Shown here piece after piece: positions 39,601-53,479 of a stretch of DNA of 64,000 nucleotides. The first letter of the stretch is position 1. Every line of letters begins with the position of its first letter. Both the position numbers and the translations under genes were made by a program. The notes under the pieces are model-generated. The model was not told the DNA's origin. It ran no database searches and worked only from the letters and a program-made list of their open reading frames with translations. The stretch comes from Selaginella moellendorffii (lineage: Eukaryota > Plantae > Lycopodiophyta), in assembly GCF_000143415.4 (NCBI RefSeq), contig NW_003314428.1, positions 1-64,000 on the forward strand, read 5' to 3'.

Positions 39601-42600
39601 GGGGGCGACCTCTGTTTCGGATCCACGGCCAACATCTTAGAAAGGAGATCCTCCGCTGCAAACAAGCAAGGACCAATCAGGTTCAGGTTCGATCAGGTTC
39701 TGCAACACCCATGGATTTGTCAAAAATTGCAGCATTAAGACCGACAAGCTGTGAAGGAGTGGTGTGAAAAGGAGTGCTCCCGGCCTTGAGAACAACTTGG
39801 GCATGAAGAAAGTTTGAGTGGCTTAAAAGAAAATGCCAGCAGTAAGTTCCTATTTCCTTTTCACCATTACTAACTTCATTTGCTTGCGTTTTTCTTTTTT
39901 GTATTCTCCGGACATCAACATCTCTTATGTCTATGGCTGGAAAACATTTTCAGTGGCTGCCGAGAACAACTGCAGAATGAAAACAAGTTGGAACGAAAAG
40001 GAAAACGAGGGAGTTGAAATGTAAAGAAAGAATTGTAAAACGTTTATTGATATATAAATAAAGATCAAAATTGAATCGAGATCTTTCACTAATCATCCAA
40101 TATATTTAAATGAAAGAGCGTCATTGATCATTGCAGTAGGTGGCTCTAATTTTATATATATATAAAATATTGGAAGTTTCAAACCAAATAATGAAAAATA
40201 TGCAGCTTATTCACAATGAAATATTTTAGATACTGCTCAAGCAACGGAGATAAAAAAAAAAAAAACAAACACAATTCTAAATGCAATGAGCAACTAATGG
40301 GTGGTCTTGATAAATTATTAAAAGAGATAAATCCCTATACTAATGCATTCACAATATTGTAAGAAATAGAGAATGAAGTGTTAAAATTAACAAATTTTCA
40401 AGGAGGCATAAGTGATATTGTAATACATATAAAAGGCAATTAGACAACTGATCCAACATAATATAATGTACTAGGTTCAAATGATTTTAAACATTTAGTT
40501 GTACAAAGATGGTATTCATTGATGAATTTTTTTATTATGTCACTATGTACGATATATTTAAAACAAAAAATATGTTCAATATGTTTAAACATGTATTATC
40601 AAATCAATCATATACTCTTTCTTCTATAGAATAAAAACTTTATAGAACAAAGAGTATCTGATTAATTCAATGCTACATTATTAAAATTAAACATAATTTT
40701 TTTTACAAAGATGGTATATAGTACACACAATAAAAGATATACTCTAAAGTTAAAAGTAAATAAAGTAGTGACTATAGAAATGATATATTTTATAACTTAA
40801 AATAGAAGAGTTGAATAGCTCCAGCTATTATATCTTGTAAATAAGTTATACTTTTATCATAATCTTATGATTTTTAACTTTATGATATTGCACAAATATG
40901 AGACTATATCTAAGCTAATAGACCACTCAATATGAGTAGATTCATTGATGAATGTGTAATAAGTCTGTTATTTACACTAATAATTTGTGCATTGATACAT
41001 GGAAAACAGATACATAAAATATCATTGAGACAATATTAGACACAATACAAAAGGCTACCATCTTAAAAAATGTGATTCATCATCACTTAAAATTTTATTT
41101 TTAATAAAGCAATCAATGGACCATTTTTTATTTTCTGATATGTTATGGTTTTAGAAAAAAAACAATATTATGAATCATCAATACCATAATATCAGGATAA
41201 AAACATAACTTTCATTGAAATTTTTTAGCCTCAATGTAAATTTATATAAAAATAAATTAAACATAAAGGTAATAATCTTAATTCATTTTAGCATTCTCTC
41301 TATATAAAAACATATACACAAAGAATCTTAATGATATAAAATATAATACCTTAACCTTTAGATAGTACTTCTAAAAAGCATAAATGTAAATATTATGAAG
41401 GGAGAGGATATCGAATACAAATATGGAAAAAATAATTCTAAAAAAAATATAATGTAATTTTAAAGAATATTTTTAAATAAATTTTAAAAAGTACTAAATA
41501 TAATAAAAGAAAAAATAAATTATCTAAATTATAATATAAAAAAAGTAATTTCTATAAAAATATGATATTTTCTAGCGTAAAATAGAGGAGTTAATAGTTC
41601 TAGATATTTGTTGTGTAAAATATTTTCTTATTAGTAAACTTATGGTTGGCTAAGATGTAGTCTAAGATTTATATAATATCATAAATTTTCTACCACTTTA
41701 TCCTACATTGCATTTATACATGAAAAACATAATAAGGTATAAATATGATTGAGACAACATTAGTACATGGACCATATACAGAATTTTAATTATATGATAT
41801 TAAACCTATCTATATACCATTCATGAATTTTCTGATATATTATAGCTCTAGCATAAAGAAAAGATTATATATCATCAAACCCTACTCTACCCCAGTATAG
41901 AGTAAAAAATTACCATTCATTTATCATCATAAAGTTTCAGCATTCATAACAGTGTTATAAAGCCTTAATTTTAAATATAAAAGCATGAATATAAATAAAT
42001 AATAATATTATTTCAGATTTATAAAAATAAATACAGAAATAATGTTTATGATATATAAAAGAATACTTTCTATTTTAAATATTACTCTCAAAATGCATGA
42101 ATATAAATATTAGGTAAAAAGGGAGTATCAATGATAAATATGTAAAATATTAAAAGTTTTTAAAAGAAAATATAACACATAAAGCTAACATCTTTCACTT
42201 ATTATTATGCAATTCCAAAACTTTCAGTCTGAAATGATGAAAAGAGAAACTCCATAATAATGTTTATATTTTTAAAATTTAAAAGATGTATGCACTTTAA
42301 GTGAGTTTTTAAATATATATTAAATATATTTTTAACATCATTATAATTTAGTGTACCTAAGTAACACATACTTTATTAAGAGGAGAAATTATATAGTTTG
42401 ATAAGTCATCAAATAATAAGATTTTTATCAATTATATAGAGATTTCAAATAAAAGAAAAAATTAGTTAATAAAAAATGACTCATCTGGCCATGGGATCCC
42501 ACAGGGAGAAATTCCATTTATAGAATATTCAAGACTTCAGTCAACAATCAGAATTTTAAATATAATTAAATGTACTGAGTTATATTTATTATGTTATGAT

Positions 42601-43293
42601 GTTTGTTGGTGATGGAGTCAATTGTAGAAGATATTTTTAATAAAAATATTATGTTATGCTTAACTATATATCTTATAATTATGATTATGTTAAAAATTAC
42701 AAATACGCTTACAATTCTTTGAAATTATTAAAATATCAGAAATAAACACAATACTCCCAGCGTAGCTGGGACTTTTGCTAGTACTCCCTTATTTAAACGT
42801 ACTATTGGCATATGGCATCCGGCATCTTTTATTCCATTTTTAGAATATTATTTCTGAATATACTTATAATCCAACGGTTCAAATTCAAAAACTTCAAATA
42901 GAGGGCATAGATCAAGTGCCAAAGGGGTGGCAACGCTTCAACTTTGAATTGAATGACCCTCCAAATCAAGTGAATCTTTTAGGGCGTTCAAGCAGATTGT
43001 GAGCTGCAATCTCTCTCTCTCTCTCTCTCTTGGGTGGCACTGGCTTCATTCATTCATAGTAAATTCATATACTATTTCACTCTCTTGCTTCTTCCCTATT
43101 CTCTTTTGAGGCTTAAAGTTCCGGTTTGTTCCAGGTGCTCGAGGCTGGAACCAAGAGAAAAAATAGAAATTTTCGTCCACGGTTCACTTCCTTGTTCTTC
43201 AGTTTTGCGTTTTTAATGCATTGAGAGGGATTCCTATTTTGCAGCGCTATAAACCCTGCAGTATCTCTTCTACACTTGTATTTTAGGGTAAAG

Positions 43294-44713
43294 ATGAAGT
43301 GGGCGCCTCGTCGATCCAGCGATCAGCTCCAGCAGCAGCTGCCGGGGTGCAAATGGGGCCACACCTGCAATGCGGTCAGGAATCTCATCTACATTTTCGG
43401 TGGCTGCGGCCGGGATGAGTGCCAGACCAACGACGTTCACGTCTTCGACATTGGTATAAGTTTCCTCTTCTGGGTTTTCCGGAAAATATGGTTTTGATCA
43501 TGTTTCTGGTGGGATCGCGCAGGGACGTACACCTGGAGCAAGCCTGTGATTAAAGGAACGCACCCTTCTCCTCGGGACAGCCACAGCTCCACGGCCGTCG
43601 GCCTAAGCTCTATGTGTTTGGTGGTACCGATGGAACCAGCCCGCTAGACGATCTCTTTGTTTTGGATACTGGTAAGCTCCGAGTTCTATCGAATTTTTTT
43701 TCGTGTTCTTATCATCCGATGCAGCTACCAACACTTTGGTGATGTTCCTGCTCTGAGAGAAGGACATAGCGCGTCTCTCATCGGTGACAACCTGTTCGTG
43801 TTTGGGGGATGTGGGAAATCCAGCGATCCCTCAGAGGAGTACTACAACGACCTCCATGTTTTGAACACGAGTAATATCCTGTTATCTTTCCTTGTTTTCT
43901 TCTAAGCTTTATTTTCCCCCTGTAGATACTTTTGTCTGGAAGTCTACCACTGGAGTCTTGCCTATTCCTCGGGATAGCCATACCTGCTCTTCCTATAAGA
44001 ACTGTTTCGTTGTCATGGGTGGCAAGGACGGTGGTAATGCCTATCTAAACGACGTTCATATTCTGGACAAAGGTACATGCATTGTGCTGGTTTTAAACTT
44101 GCGAATTCATTTGCGTTTCCAGAAACAATGGCATGGCGGGAGGTAAAGACGACTGGTGCCGAGCTGATGCCAAGAGCCAGGCACACAACAATCAGCCATG
44201 GAAAGTATCTCGTCGTGTTTGGAGGATTCTCCGATGATCGCAAGCTATTCAATGACGTCCATACTCTGGACTTAAGTACGTGCTCTTGCAGGTAGATTTG
44301 TTTCCTGTTGGTCTCTCATGGGGCTTTTACGTATTTTGTAGCGACTGGTGTTTGGGCGACTTCGAATCCCTCTGGTCCCGGGCCTTCTTCACGTTTTTCC
44401 CTTGCAGGAGATTCCGTGAACGCAGAGCAAGGCATATTATTCTTCTATGGGGGATGTAACAAAGAGCTTGAAGCTCTGGATGACATGTATTTCCTCGACA
44501 CAGGTTGGCTTCTTCTTTTACTGACATTGCTGCCATTCTTGACAATATGGTTGCCGTTTTTCTGTGAAGAGATGCTGAGGGAGAAAGATTCATCAGAACC
44601 AAAGCTATCCATGCGTAAGGAACTTAAGAGAAGGCGGCAAGAGTATCGTGCCACGCCATTCATGCTAGACAAGCAACGGGATGCGGACAAGAGCTTGGTT
44701 TCATCTCACGGAG
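43294..44713 (+). pseudogene. Kelch-repeat protein (copy 3, most complete N-terminus)
   Basis: Begins MKWAPR..PGCKWGHTCNAVRNLIYIFGGCG and continues over multiple exons. 1-nt deletion near 43600. C-terminus replaced by BIG sequence. Confidence 0.88.
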
Positions 44714-44757
44714 GTATCTGCGGAAAACCTTGGACCTCTATAATTTTTCACCTGCGA

Positions 44758-45427
44758 TCTCCTACTGATCCACGAGTGTTCAGTCTCACCAAAATTGTGG
44801 AAATCTCGTAAGTGATTTGATTGTGACGTATTCACTCACTTGTTGTATAGGCACTTCGGATCAGGCTGGTCTGGAGCAGGATGTGGAATACATTGTCTGA
44901 CTATTTTGTTACTGTTGGGTGTTCAAGCAATTTCTCAGTTGCTATGTATGCCATGGACTCTCTGTGGCAGTTAGCAATGAAATTGATGGATCGTGAAGAG
45001 CTTGCAAATTACAACTTCCAGAGTCAGTTTATTCGGCCTTTTGTCATCATCATGCAGAGAAGTGCCTCTGTTGAAATACAAGAATTTATCATCCGTTGTG
45101 TCTCTCAAATGGTGTGCAGCGGGAAATCTGGCTGGAAAATTACGTTTATGGTAACAAAGTTTTCAAAGTCAAGGTATCAATCCTTTATCAATTACATTTC
45201 TTTACAACTGCTGCAACAGATAGAGATAGTGGCATTGTCCATCTTGTATTTGAAACAGTAGAGAAGGTTGTCAGAGATACTTTCAACACATTACTGAAAC
45301 TGAGAGCACAATATTCACAGACTGTGAATTGCCTTGCATTCATAAACAACAAGTTTAATGACAATATCAGCCTCAACTCTCTCGCATTTCTGCATTTTTG
45401 TGCCTTAAAGCTTGGTGAAGGAGAGCT
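44758..45427 (+). pseudogene. Captured BIG ARF-GEF HDS-region fragment
   Basis: Translates PTDPRVFSLTKIVEIS and RLVWSRMWNTLSDYFVTVGCSSNFSVAMYAMDSLWQLAMK..ELANYNFQ. Confidence 0.9.
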
Positions 45428-45565
45428 GGATCTTACGGAAGATTTTCAATCATAATCTTAAGAATGATGATCTTATTCATTGACATTTTACATTATCATA
45501 TCATATTTACACATTACCTACGTAATGTGTAATATAATATAATATCAGATAATATGTATATAATA

Positions 45566-45995
45566 GGCCTGGCTATGTCACGCAGTGTCCTCTCAAGTGA
45601 CGCTAATAGTTCCTCTACAACTTCATTGTGGATTCACACATGTGAACTCTCATCTGGCATGCACACACATCATGTGGCTTCGAGCTACTGTCTATGGAGA
45701 CATTGACAGCCCAGCATGAACGCAATGAAGGGCGTTGTGGATCCCAGGGACCGCTTCAGTTGCAAGGGGACCCTTGGAGGAAACTCTACCAGGTAATATA
45801 ACTGAGGATTGATTAGTCATGATATGTTGTGTTTTGCAGTCTTGCTCTGGCCTTGGAGACTCGCACTTTGACTTGGCTGTGGAAAGTTTTGGTGACAGTG
45901 TATGTAGTGCAGCAAAATTGGTCTACAATTCTGAGCTATATATGCCTGGTGTTTACTGTTGCATAGCTAAATCACGTAGTTTTTTCACTTATGAT
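45566..45995 (+). pseudogene. Laccase fragment plus fused unknown exons (paralogue of 2165-2570)
   Basis: Contains the laccase WHAH..MWLRATVYG segment and the same downstream junction as in H1. Confidence 0.8.
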
Positions 45996-47186
45996 TTTAT
46001 TAACTATTTACATTTTACATTGACAGAATATCAAAATAAGAATCTTATGGACTTGATAGAATCCAGGCATCATAAGATTTGAAAAGTAGTTTTTATTTGG
46101 TGACCAAAGATGCATTCTACACTGAAATTCTAATGGAGCCTCTATGCTAATATCTAGATTGAATAATGAAAGTGCATATGTATCCTTAAGTCGGAGCTGC
46201 AGACAGAAATGTGAGGTGGATCAGTAGACTGGCTTACATCCTTCTCACTCTGTGTTCTTCAAATATTTTCTAGAATTATAGAGATTGTTTTGAATCAAGA
46301 GGTAAATTATAGAGATTGTTTTGTGCCACTCACTCATTTCAGAGGTAATAGTAAAGTAAAAGGTTTTTTAGTTCAAATTTTTTCTAAAATATTAGAGATT
46401 GTTTTGAATCAGAGGTGTAACATCTCAGCAACCAAACATGGGCTTTAAAGTTTTTGAGCCAATCTTGGGTTGTGTTGCAACCGATAAGAATAAGAATGCA
46501 TAAAAGCCAATGACTATTATGGGAACACACAAAATATTATGTTTATTAGCAAGATCTTATTCCAAAGGTAATAGTAAAGAAAGGGTTTTGAGTAAAAGGG
46601 CCTTCTAATTATTTAATCAGATATTTAAATATAAATTTAAGTTGAATTATATATATATAAAATTATTGAAAAATATTGAATCAAGTAAAATTTTCAAATA
46701 TTATATTTGTTATAAAATGCCATTTCTTTAAATTATTTAATACTTTAAGGGGTGTTAATAGATTTAGCTATTCTAAGTTTTTATTTCTCAAGTATTTTAT
46801 CATTTAATTTTCATAGTATTTATCTTGTATATTATAATTTATAAAATGTCTGAGATACATTGCTGAAGCATGTTCTGGTTGATAAGGTTTTAAAGGCATA
46901 TTAATTTTTTTTCAAAATATCTAATATAACAATTTTGAAAAGTGTTATTTTGAATTTGTGTTATGAAAATTCATGAATGAAAATCTAAAAACCTAATATT
47001 CTGTGAGAGGAAGAAACTAAGGTTTTAAAAGATCAGACATGTACATAGATGCCCATTGTGGCAGCAATAGTGATTATTATTTTGTATTCTACTCTATATG
47101 ACCTACTATATCTGGTATGATCTATATCATAGACTTGTAATTTTAGGAAACAATTATATTTTATGTACTAAAATTCAAATTATATT

Positions 47187-47227
<41 letters not shown>

Positions 47228-47395
47228 TAAAATACAATATTGATAATTTTAGTGATAATATTATAATACAGTATGAAAATTATACATTAATGATAATATT
47301 ATAATTTTTAATATTTAAAATTATTTATTAATTCACATATTTTTATGTAACAAAAACTATATTTATTAAATCTATTCTGTAGCAATTTTTGCCAA

Positions 47396-48967
47396 GGAAG
47401 CAGTGGTGTATAACAATCTAAACCAGCATATACACCATATAAATCAAATTGGGAGATAAAAGCAAGTAAGACTATGGAGATCAAGTGTGTAGAGGACGAT
47501 CTATGTATTCCAAATATTGTTCTTAATAGAACAAGTGTTTTAGATGCTTCTAAGCTTGGCCAAGAAACATTTATAGATGTGATTGGTGGTGTAATGTAGA
47601 TTGGACAGACAAACATTTCTCCTAAGGATTTTGGAGCATTCATGAGAAGTAGGATACTTTGTTTGAGTGATGAATCAGGCCACAGTATAGACATGTGTCT
47701 GTGGATAGGCTGAAGATGAAGGTTCAGAAATCAAGGAGAAACTTGGTCGAGGGGAGAGGCCTATTGTATGTGTGAAGGGCAGCCAAATTTCAGATTACAA
47801 TGGCAAGTCTATTTCAGTCACATGTGGCTCTACCCTTTTAGTTGATCCTGAGTTAGAAGCACAGCTGCATGAATGGATGGTTGCTAGCTACGACACAACC
47901 AGTTTTGTCCATGTGACCAACTCTTCTTCTAAAGCAATGATTTCTGGTACAAAGACAGTATCTGAGATGTTGTCTATCAACCTGAAGGTTTCCAAGTTCT
48001 CTGCTATTTTTCGTGTTATTGTCAGTGAAAGAAATCTAGACTGGTGACTTCTATTACCCAGCATGCGTGAAGGTTGTCAATGGAAGGCAAAGTGGCAAGA
48101 AGGTTACTCAGGTTTCGGAAAGTATGTGGCAATGCAACTTTTGTGACACTGATTCTAGAGATATTTGGTTCAAATATGCACTACACTTGTGTATTCTGGA
48201 CAGCACTAGACATATATGGGCAGTTGCATTTGATGATGCTGCTAATAAAATTGTAGGGATGCCTGCATATAAGCTGATGATTAAACTGTTTTTTTTTTTT
48301 TTTTGCCATAATGGACTCTATTCGATCAAAGATGTACAATCTGAAGATTCATTGCAAGCTCGAGAGCTACAGAGATACCGAGAAATTGAAGTTTTTATAG
48401 TTGAACTTGACACTTTAAAGAAAAAATGTGCAAGAAAACAAAAAAGTATGTTTTATTTCTTTCTACTATTGTTTTATAATTTGTTGTGTGTGGTATCAAG
48501 TTTCTAACTATAAGCCAAGTTAGAGCTTTCAAAGCTAATGTTGTGTAGAAGTTGATGAATGTTTAAAACAATTTGTAATAATGTAATTAGTTACAAAATG
48601 TTTAAATTAACTAAGTATTATTTTTTTAATGATTTCTTTTAGTTTTATGCATGCAAAACAGTTGATTCATGATAACATTATTACATTTTTTTTCTCTGTT
48701 TCATGTTAAGGGAGAGAGTTCTAAGAAGCTCATGATCAATGAGATGCTAATAAAGGATATCAACAACCACTGCTACCGATGGTCTTTTCGCACCACCAGG
48801 TGACACACAAAGGGAAACTTGTATTCTTTGAAACAGGCACAGCTGGATGTCTTATGTCAGTTGATGTTGCTAATGCAGAAAGTTCCAAAATACATATTGT
48901 TGAGTTTGGCCAGAATGCAAAGCATCTTTCAAGCGAGATTGAGCAAGGCAGTGTCTATATATTTTCA
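47396..48967 (+). pseudogene. RPA70-like gene, second copy, with segments permuted
   Basis: Homologous to the reverse complement of 14380-15870. The C-terminal part (47396-48619) precedes the N-terminal part (48672-48967). Confidence 0.85.
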
Positions 48968-51536
48968 CCTTATGATTAAATTTCTGAATTCACTTTTTAC
49001 CCCTAGATAATAAACACTGGTAAGTCAGATAAAAAAAAGAAAGAAAGAAAGAAAGAATAAACATTTACTGTTAAAGGATCCCTAGCAACATCTTTTGCTG
49101 GTATTTGTTTCCATTCACCACACTCCATGAAAGACATGTCCAAAACAATGAGTGACCTATCAAAATATGTTATAAAATGGAAATGTAAACAGGGACAACA
49201 CACTCTTTTCCATTTAAACCATAATCAGTAAATCTCACAAAACTATTACACAGACATCCCAAGAGTTTATGGCACTTGACACAGAATAAGAACCAAATGG
49301 CTCCAAGCATTCCTTCTCATCTGTTACAAAGAATCTTCCCACTAAATCTCCAGGTTTGGAATTGATCTTTGTAATACGCAGGACAATTTCATCTATAGAA
49401 TTGTTCTTAATATTTTTTATGCCATCCACCGTGCATCTTACACAGCTCCCATCGTCTCTAAGAATTGATTTCAAAACCTAACTTACAAACGTTTTTATAG
49501 GAAAAACATAATAAGGTATAAATGTACTTGGACCATATAAAGAATTTTGATTCCAAAACTTTCAGTCTGAAAAGATGAAAAACTAAAATCCATAACAATG
49601 TTTATATTTTTTAAATTTATAAGATGGATATGGTTTAAGTGAGTTTTAATTATATATTTTTTAACATCATTTTAATTTAGTGTACTTAAGTAACACTTAC
49701 TTTATTAAGAGGAAAATTTGTAGAGTTGAATGAATCATCAAGTAATAATATTCTTTTATCAATTACATAGATTTAAAATAAAAGAAAAAATTAGTACCAA
49801 AACTCAATATCTAAATGACTCATCTAGCCATGTGATTCCATAGTGAGCAATTCCATTTATAGAAGATCTTAAACTTCACTCAACAATCAGATATTTAAAT
49901 ATGATATAATGTTATGAGTTATATTTATTATATTATGATGTGTGTTGGTGATAGAGTCAACTTTAGAAGGGATATTTAATATAAAGATTATATTATGTTT
50001 AACTAAGTATGTTATGCTACTAATTTTTAACCTGAATCTCCTTTCATGAGAAGTTCATTTAGAAAACTCTTTTTAACATTTTAAATTCTTATTTCTATAA
50101 AATTTCTATTATACATTTCTTAGATTTTGTGAATTTATATTTTCTCAATATATCTAAAACCATTCTCCACTGCCAGCTTATGAGGTTTAATATAAATGTG
50201 GTAGCAAGTTTGATAGATTTACTTATGTATGTTTTTAACCAAACACATAATAGAAATTCAACTCATGTTAGTAAACTATGAATGTTAAAGGCATCATTAT
50301 AGTTCAGATAAAAATAATTTAAGTCAGTATGCAACAAAAAGTTATAATTTCTCCAAACTAACCTATTATTTTTAGTAGTCTATGATTCTTTATTTTTGTG
50401 AAAAACTCAATTGCTTTTAAAGCATGGCAGCAATCCTGTAGATGTGTTTAGGGTTGTGCACCTTTTTATAAATGCAATAAAAACATCAAATTCAAATTAA
50501 ATGATGATAGCAAATGATCTTATCTTCCTGAACACTTGCATTATTATCTATTTGCATTATTGTTCACTTCTCTGGAGATGAATAATAGAAAATTTTAGAT
50601 AAATTTAACTTTGTATACAATCAAAACTTCTAACATTGTAAAATTAGAAAAGAAGATTTATTTATCTTGAGTATGCTATATCTCCCTGCATATTATAATT
50701 TGATATGAAATCAATAGTTTTATAATAAAATTATCACACTATGTAATCATATAGATTATGATGATGAGGGTATACATAATAGAAATTCTATTATTATTTA
50801 GTAAATTATGAATGTTAAAGGCATTATTACAATTCAGATAATAAAGAAGTTAACTCAGTACACAATTAAATTATAACTTCACCAGTTCAGTTATAAAACC
50901 TATTATTCTTTGGTATAATTCTTTGATTTTGTGAAAACTCAATTGTTTTAAAAGGTTGGCAGAAATCTTGTGGATGTGAACCTTTTTGTAAAGGCAATAA
51001 AAACAAATTCAAATTTAAATTTCACGATGATAAAAAATGATTTTAACTTCTCCAACACATGCATTATTATCTAATTGCATTATTGTGCATTACTCTGGAG
51101 ATGAATAGTTTTATATAATTTTAACCTTGTATACAATAAAAATTTCTAACATTTTAAAATTAGAAAATAAGATCTATTAATCTTGGGTTTTCTATATCCC
51201 CCAGCGGAGCTGGGGTCTCTGCTAGTCAAACTCTTTATTTAAAGTTGCTATTTTGGCATCGGCATCACATATTCCATTTTTAGAATATCCATTTTTTCTT
51301 ATGGCAGATGCTCTTGATTCAACAATCCAGATCTGTGATGCTCCAAAGCAATGGTGAGGATTGTGACATGGTGGCAAAGAGCTTGGTTTTAGGTTTAAGA
51401 AACGGTTATTATGGCTGTTCACAAGCCACCAGCGACTTGTGAACCTCTAGATGTTACGCTACAAAGCATCTGTGGGTATGCGCCATGGAATTTTTCGGGA
51501 GTCTTGACTCTTTTCTTTCATTTGTTGTGATTTCTA

Positions 51537-51803
51537 GGCCATTTTCATTTCACAAACTTGCTCCTGGACAAAATGATGGAGACCGCTAAGGAAAGTGGCA
51601 TCCAGTGAAGAATTGTCAACCTCTCCTCCATCACACACATCGCCTCTTACAGTGGTGGAATCCAGTTCTCACACCTGAATGACAAAGCCTGGTACCAAAC
51701 AACTTTCTTTTCTCGTGAGCTTACATTCTTCCTTTTTTCTTCCAAAAGGTACTCCAACACTAGAGCATACAGTCAATCCAAGCTCGTGAACATCCTCCAT
51801 GCT
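51537..51803 (+). pseudogene. Captured Tic32-like short-chain dehydrogenase fragment
   Basis: Translates GHFHFTNLLLDKMMETAKESG..RIVNLSS..AYSQSKLVNILHA (YxxxK motif). Confidence 0.85.
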
Positions 51804-52859
51804 TGAAGTACTTGACCGGTATGGAGCCACTACTGAAGATCAAGACATTCTCTGACGTGTAGACCTCGATGCTCCTGTCCTTGCAAGCTTTCTGGAAGTT
51901 AACAGTGATGAGAACCTCGCTGGAGTTGCACATGCTACTCGCAATCTTCGCATCCGGCACTGCCATCACTAGATACATTGGGTTCGAGCTCAGAGCCATG
52001 CGGATCTCCTCCAGTTCCTGTTTGGATGTGCTGTAGATGCAAACCAGGGACTTCTCAATCTTCTGGAACAGCTGCTCGGTCTCACCATCAGGTGCCATTG
52101 GTTCCTGGAGTGTTCCGATGTAAAGTGCTCCTGTTTTGTCCACCATCTTGGTCAACTTTTTAGTCAGCTTGTCCATCGCCTTGATCACCTCGCAGCAGTG
52201 TGGGAGCTGAGAGGTACACCTGACTTAGCTCAGATCTCTGTGGAACAGAACAGGCAGCTCCTCCTTGAAAGTCCTGATGGCATAGCCTATCTCCATCTAT
52301 AAGTCTCAAGCTTCTGCTCTTGAAAAGTGTGCTGCCAAGGACTTGAAGGTAACATCTAAATATAAAACGTATCAGCATTTGAAATTTGGTGGTTGCCAAC
52401 CCTGCCAAAACTAATGCGTTGATCCTCAAGGATTTTGCCCCTTCCATTCCTGACAAGAACATCACTTGAAGGTTGTTGTTTTTAACGTTACATATGACAG
52501 ATGTCGTTCCTATTTATACAGCTCAAGCAAGCTGAGGAAGATTTGTGAAGCACAAAGGCAAAACATGAAGACTTTCAGAAGCAAGTTGTAAGAATCTCAT
52601 GAGAACTGAGTTTTACAGCTTATCATCCCTTTACTAAATCGGCCATAGTCTATTGTTTAGCAAGATTGGCCAAAGTTAATGTTATAAGCCTCATTATAAT
52701 AAGAATCAAGCAGTGTCTATCACTTGTAGTTTAGATCCACTACCTTCTAAACCTCCTCAAAATCTGTGCATACTTGCACACATCTTGGATAGCAGAAATC
52801 CCAACACATTGCAATGCAGTCCTGGCATGCTGCAAATTTGGAGAGCCAAGTGCTGAATT

Positions 52860-53270
52860 TCCTACAAAATAAAGAGTAGGATCTTAAAAGGCTTCTTGAA
52901 TGTTCTTTTGTTGCTGCTCTACGGTTATCTAGCATGTTAGGTGAAAGTCTGCAAGAATTCACCAGCAATCATCCAGTCTTGAGCATGTTGCTACCAACTC
53001 TAAAGCTATGTACAGTTGACCAGCTTCTAGCTTTGTATGAGCACTGGGTCGTGGTGCAGGGATTTATCTGGGGAATCAACTCCTTCGATCAATGGAGTGT
53101 GAACTTAGCAATGTAAACTTGGCTTTCCATCATCTGAAACTAATTGAAAATCCAACCTTTTCAGGTGCTTGCATCCCGAGTTTGCATACAGATGAATGCT
53201 TCACAAAAAAACGAAAGCCCATAGAAGGATCTAATCATAGTCCACAATGCTGCTCAACCGTTATTTAAAG
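52860..53270 (+). pseudogene. Captured GPI C-terminal fragment
   Basis: Translates [26 protein letters not shown]. Confidence 0.88.
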
Positions 53271-53479
53271 GTGAGAGAACTTGGACAGAGCATGACTTCA
53301 TAACTTTTTGATAATGAGTGAGCTCTTGAGCTTTCCAAGTACATCACGGCTAAAAAACACATGCAATCCGTGCTGCAGCACAACCCGGGTTGCTGAATAA
53401 TATCTTATTGCCGAATGTAACAAAGGAAAATGATTTAAGATGAATGGACTTGATGGGAAAAGGACTTGATGAATAAAGT

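Larger units (their letters stand above)
36553..42781 (+). mobile_element. Helitron H7 (5' cassette interrupted by the minus-strand stack)
   Basis: Carries Kelch, LAF3 and kinase cargo plus an AT-rich tail. Ends with hairpin TCCCAGC-GTA-GCTGGGA (42755-42771) plus CTAG (42778-42781). Confidence 0.85.
42782..51225 (+). mobile_element. Helitron H8 (8.4 kb; 5' end lacks its first 3 nt)
   Basis: Starts TACTCCCTTATTTAAACG right after the CTAG of H7. Ends CCCCAGC-GGA-GCTGGGG plus CTAG at 51222-51225. Confidence 0.9.

Noticed and set aside
43294-44713. Functional host Kelch gene
   Set aside because: It has a frameshift and deletions, has lost its C-terminus, and lies inside Helitron termini.
51760-52188. 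142-aa minus-strand ORF
   Set aside because: Probably cargo, but no family was recognised. The same applies to exon-like pieces at 8750-9130, 29300-29900 and 35400-36000.
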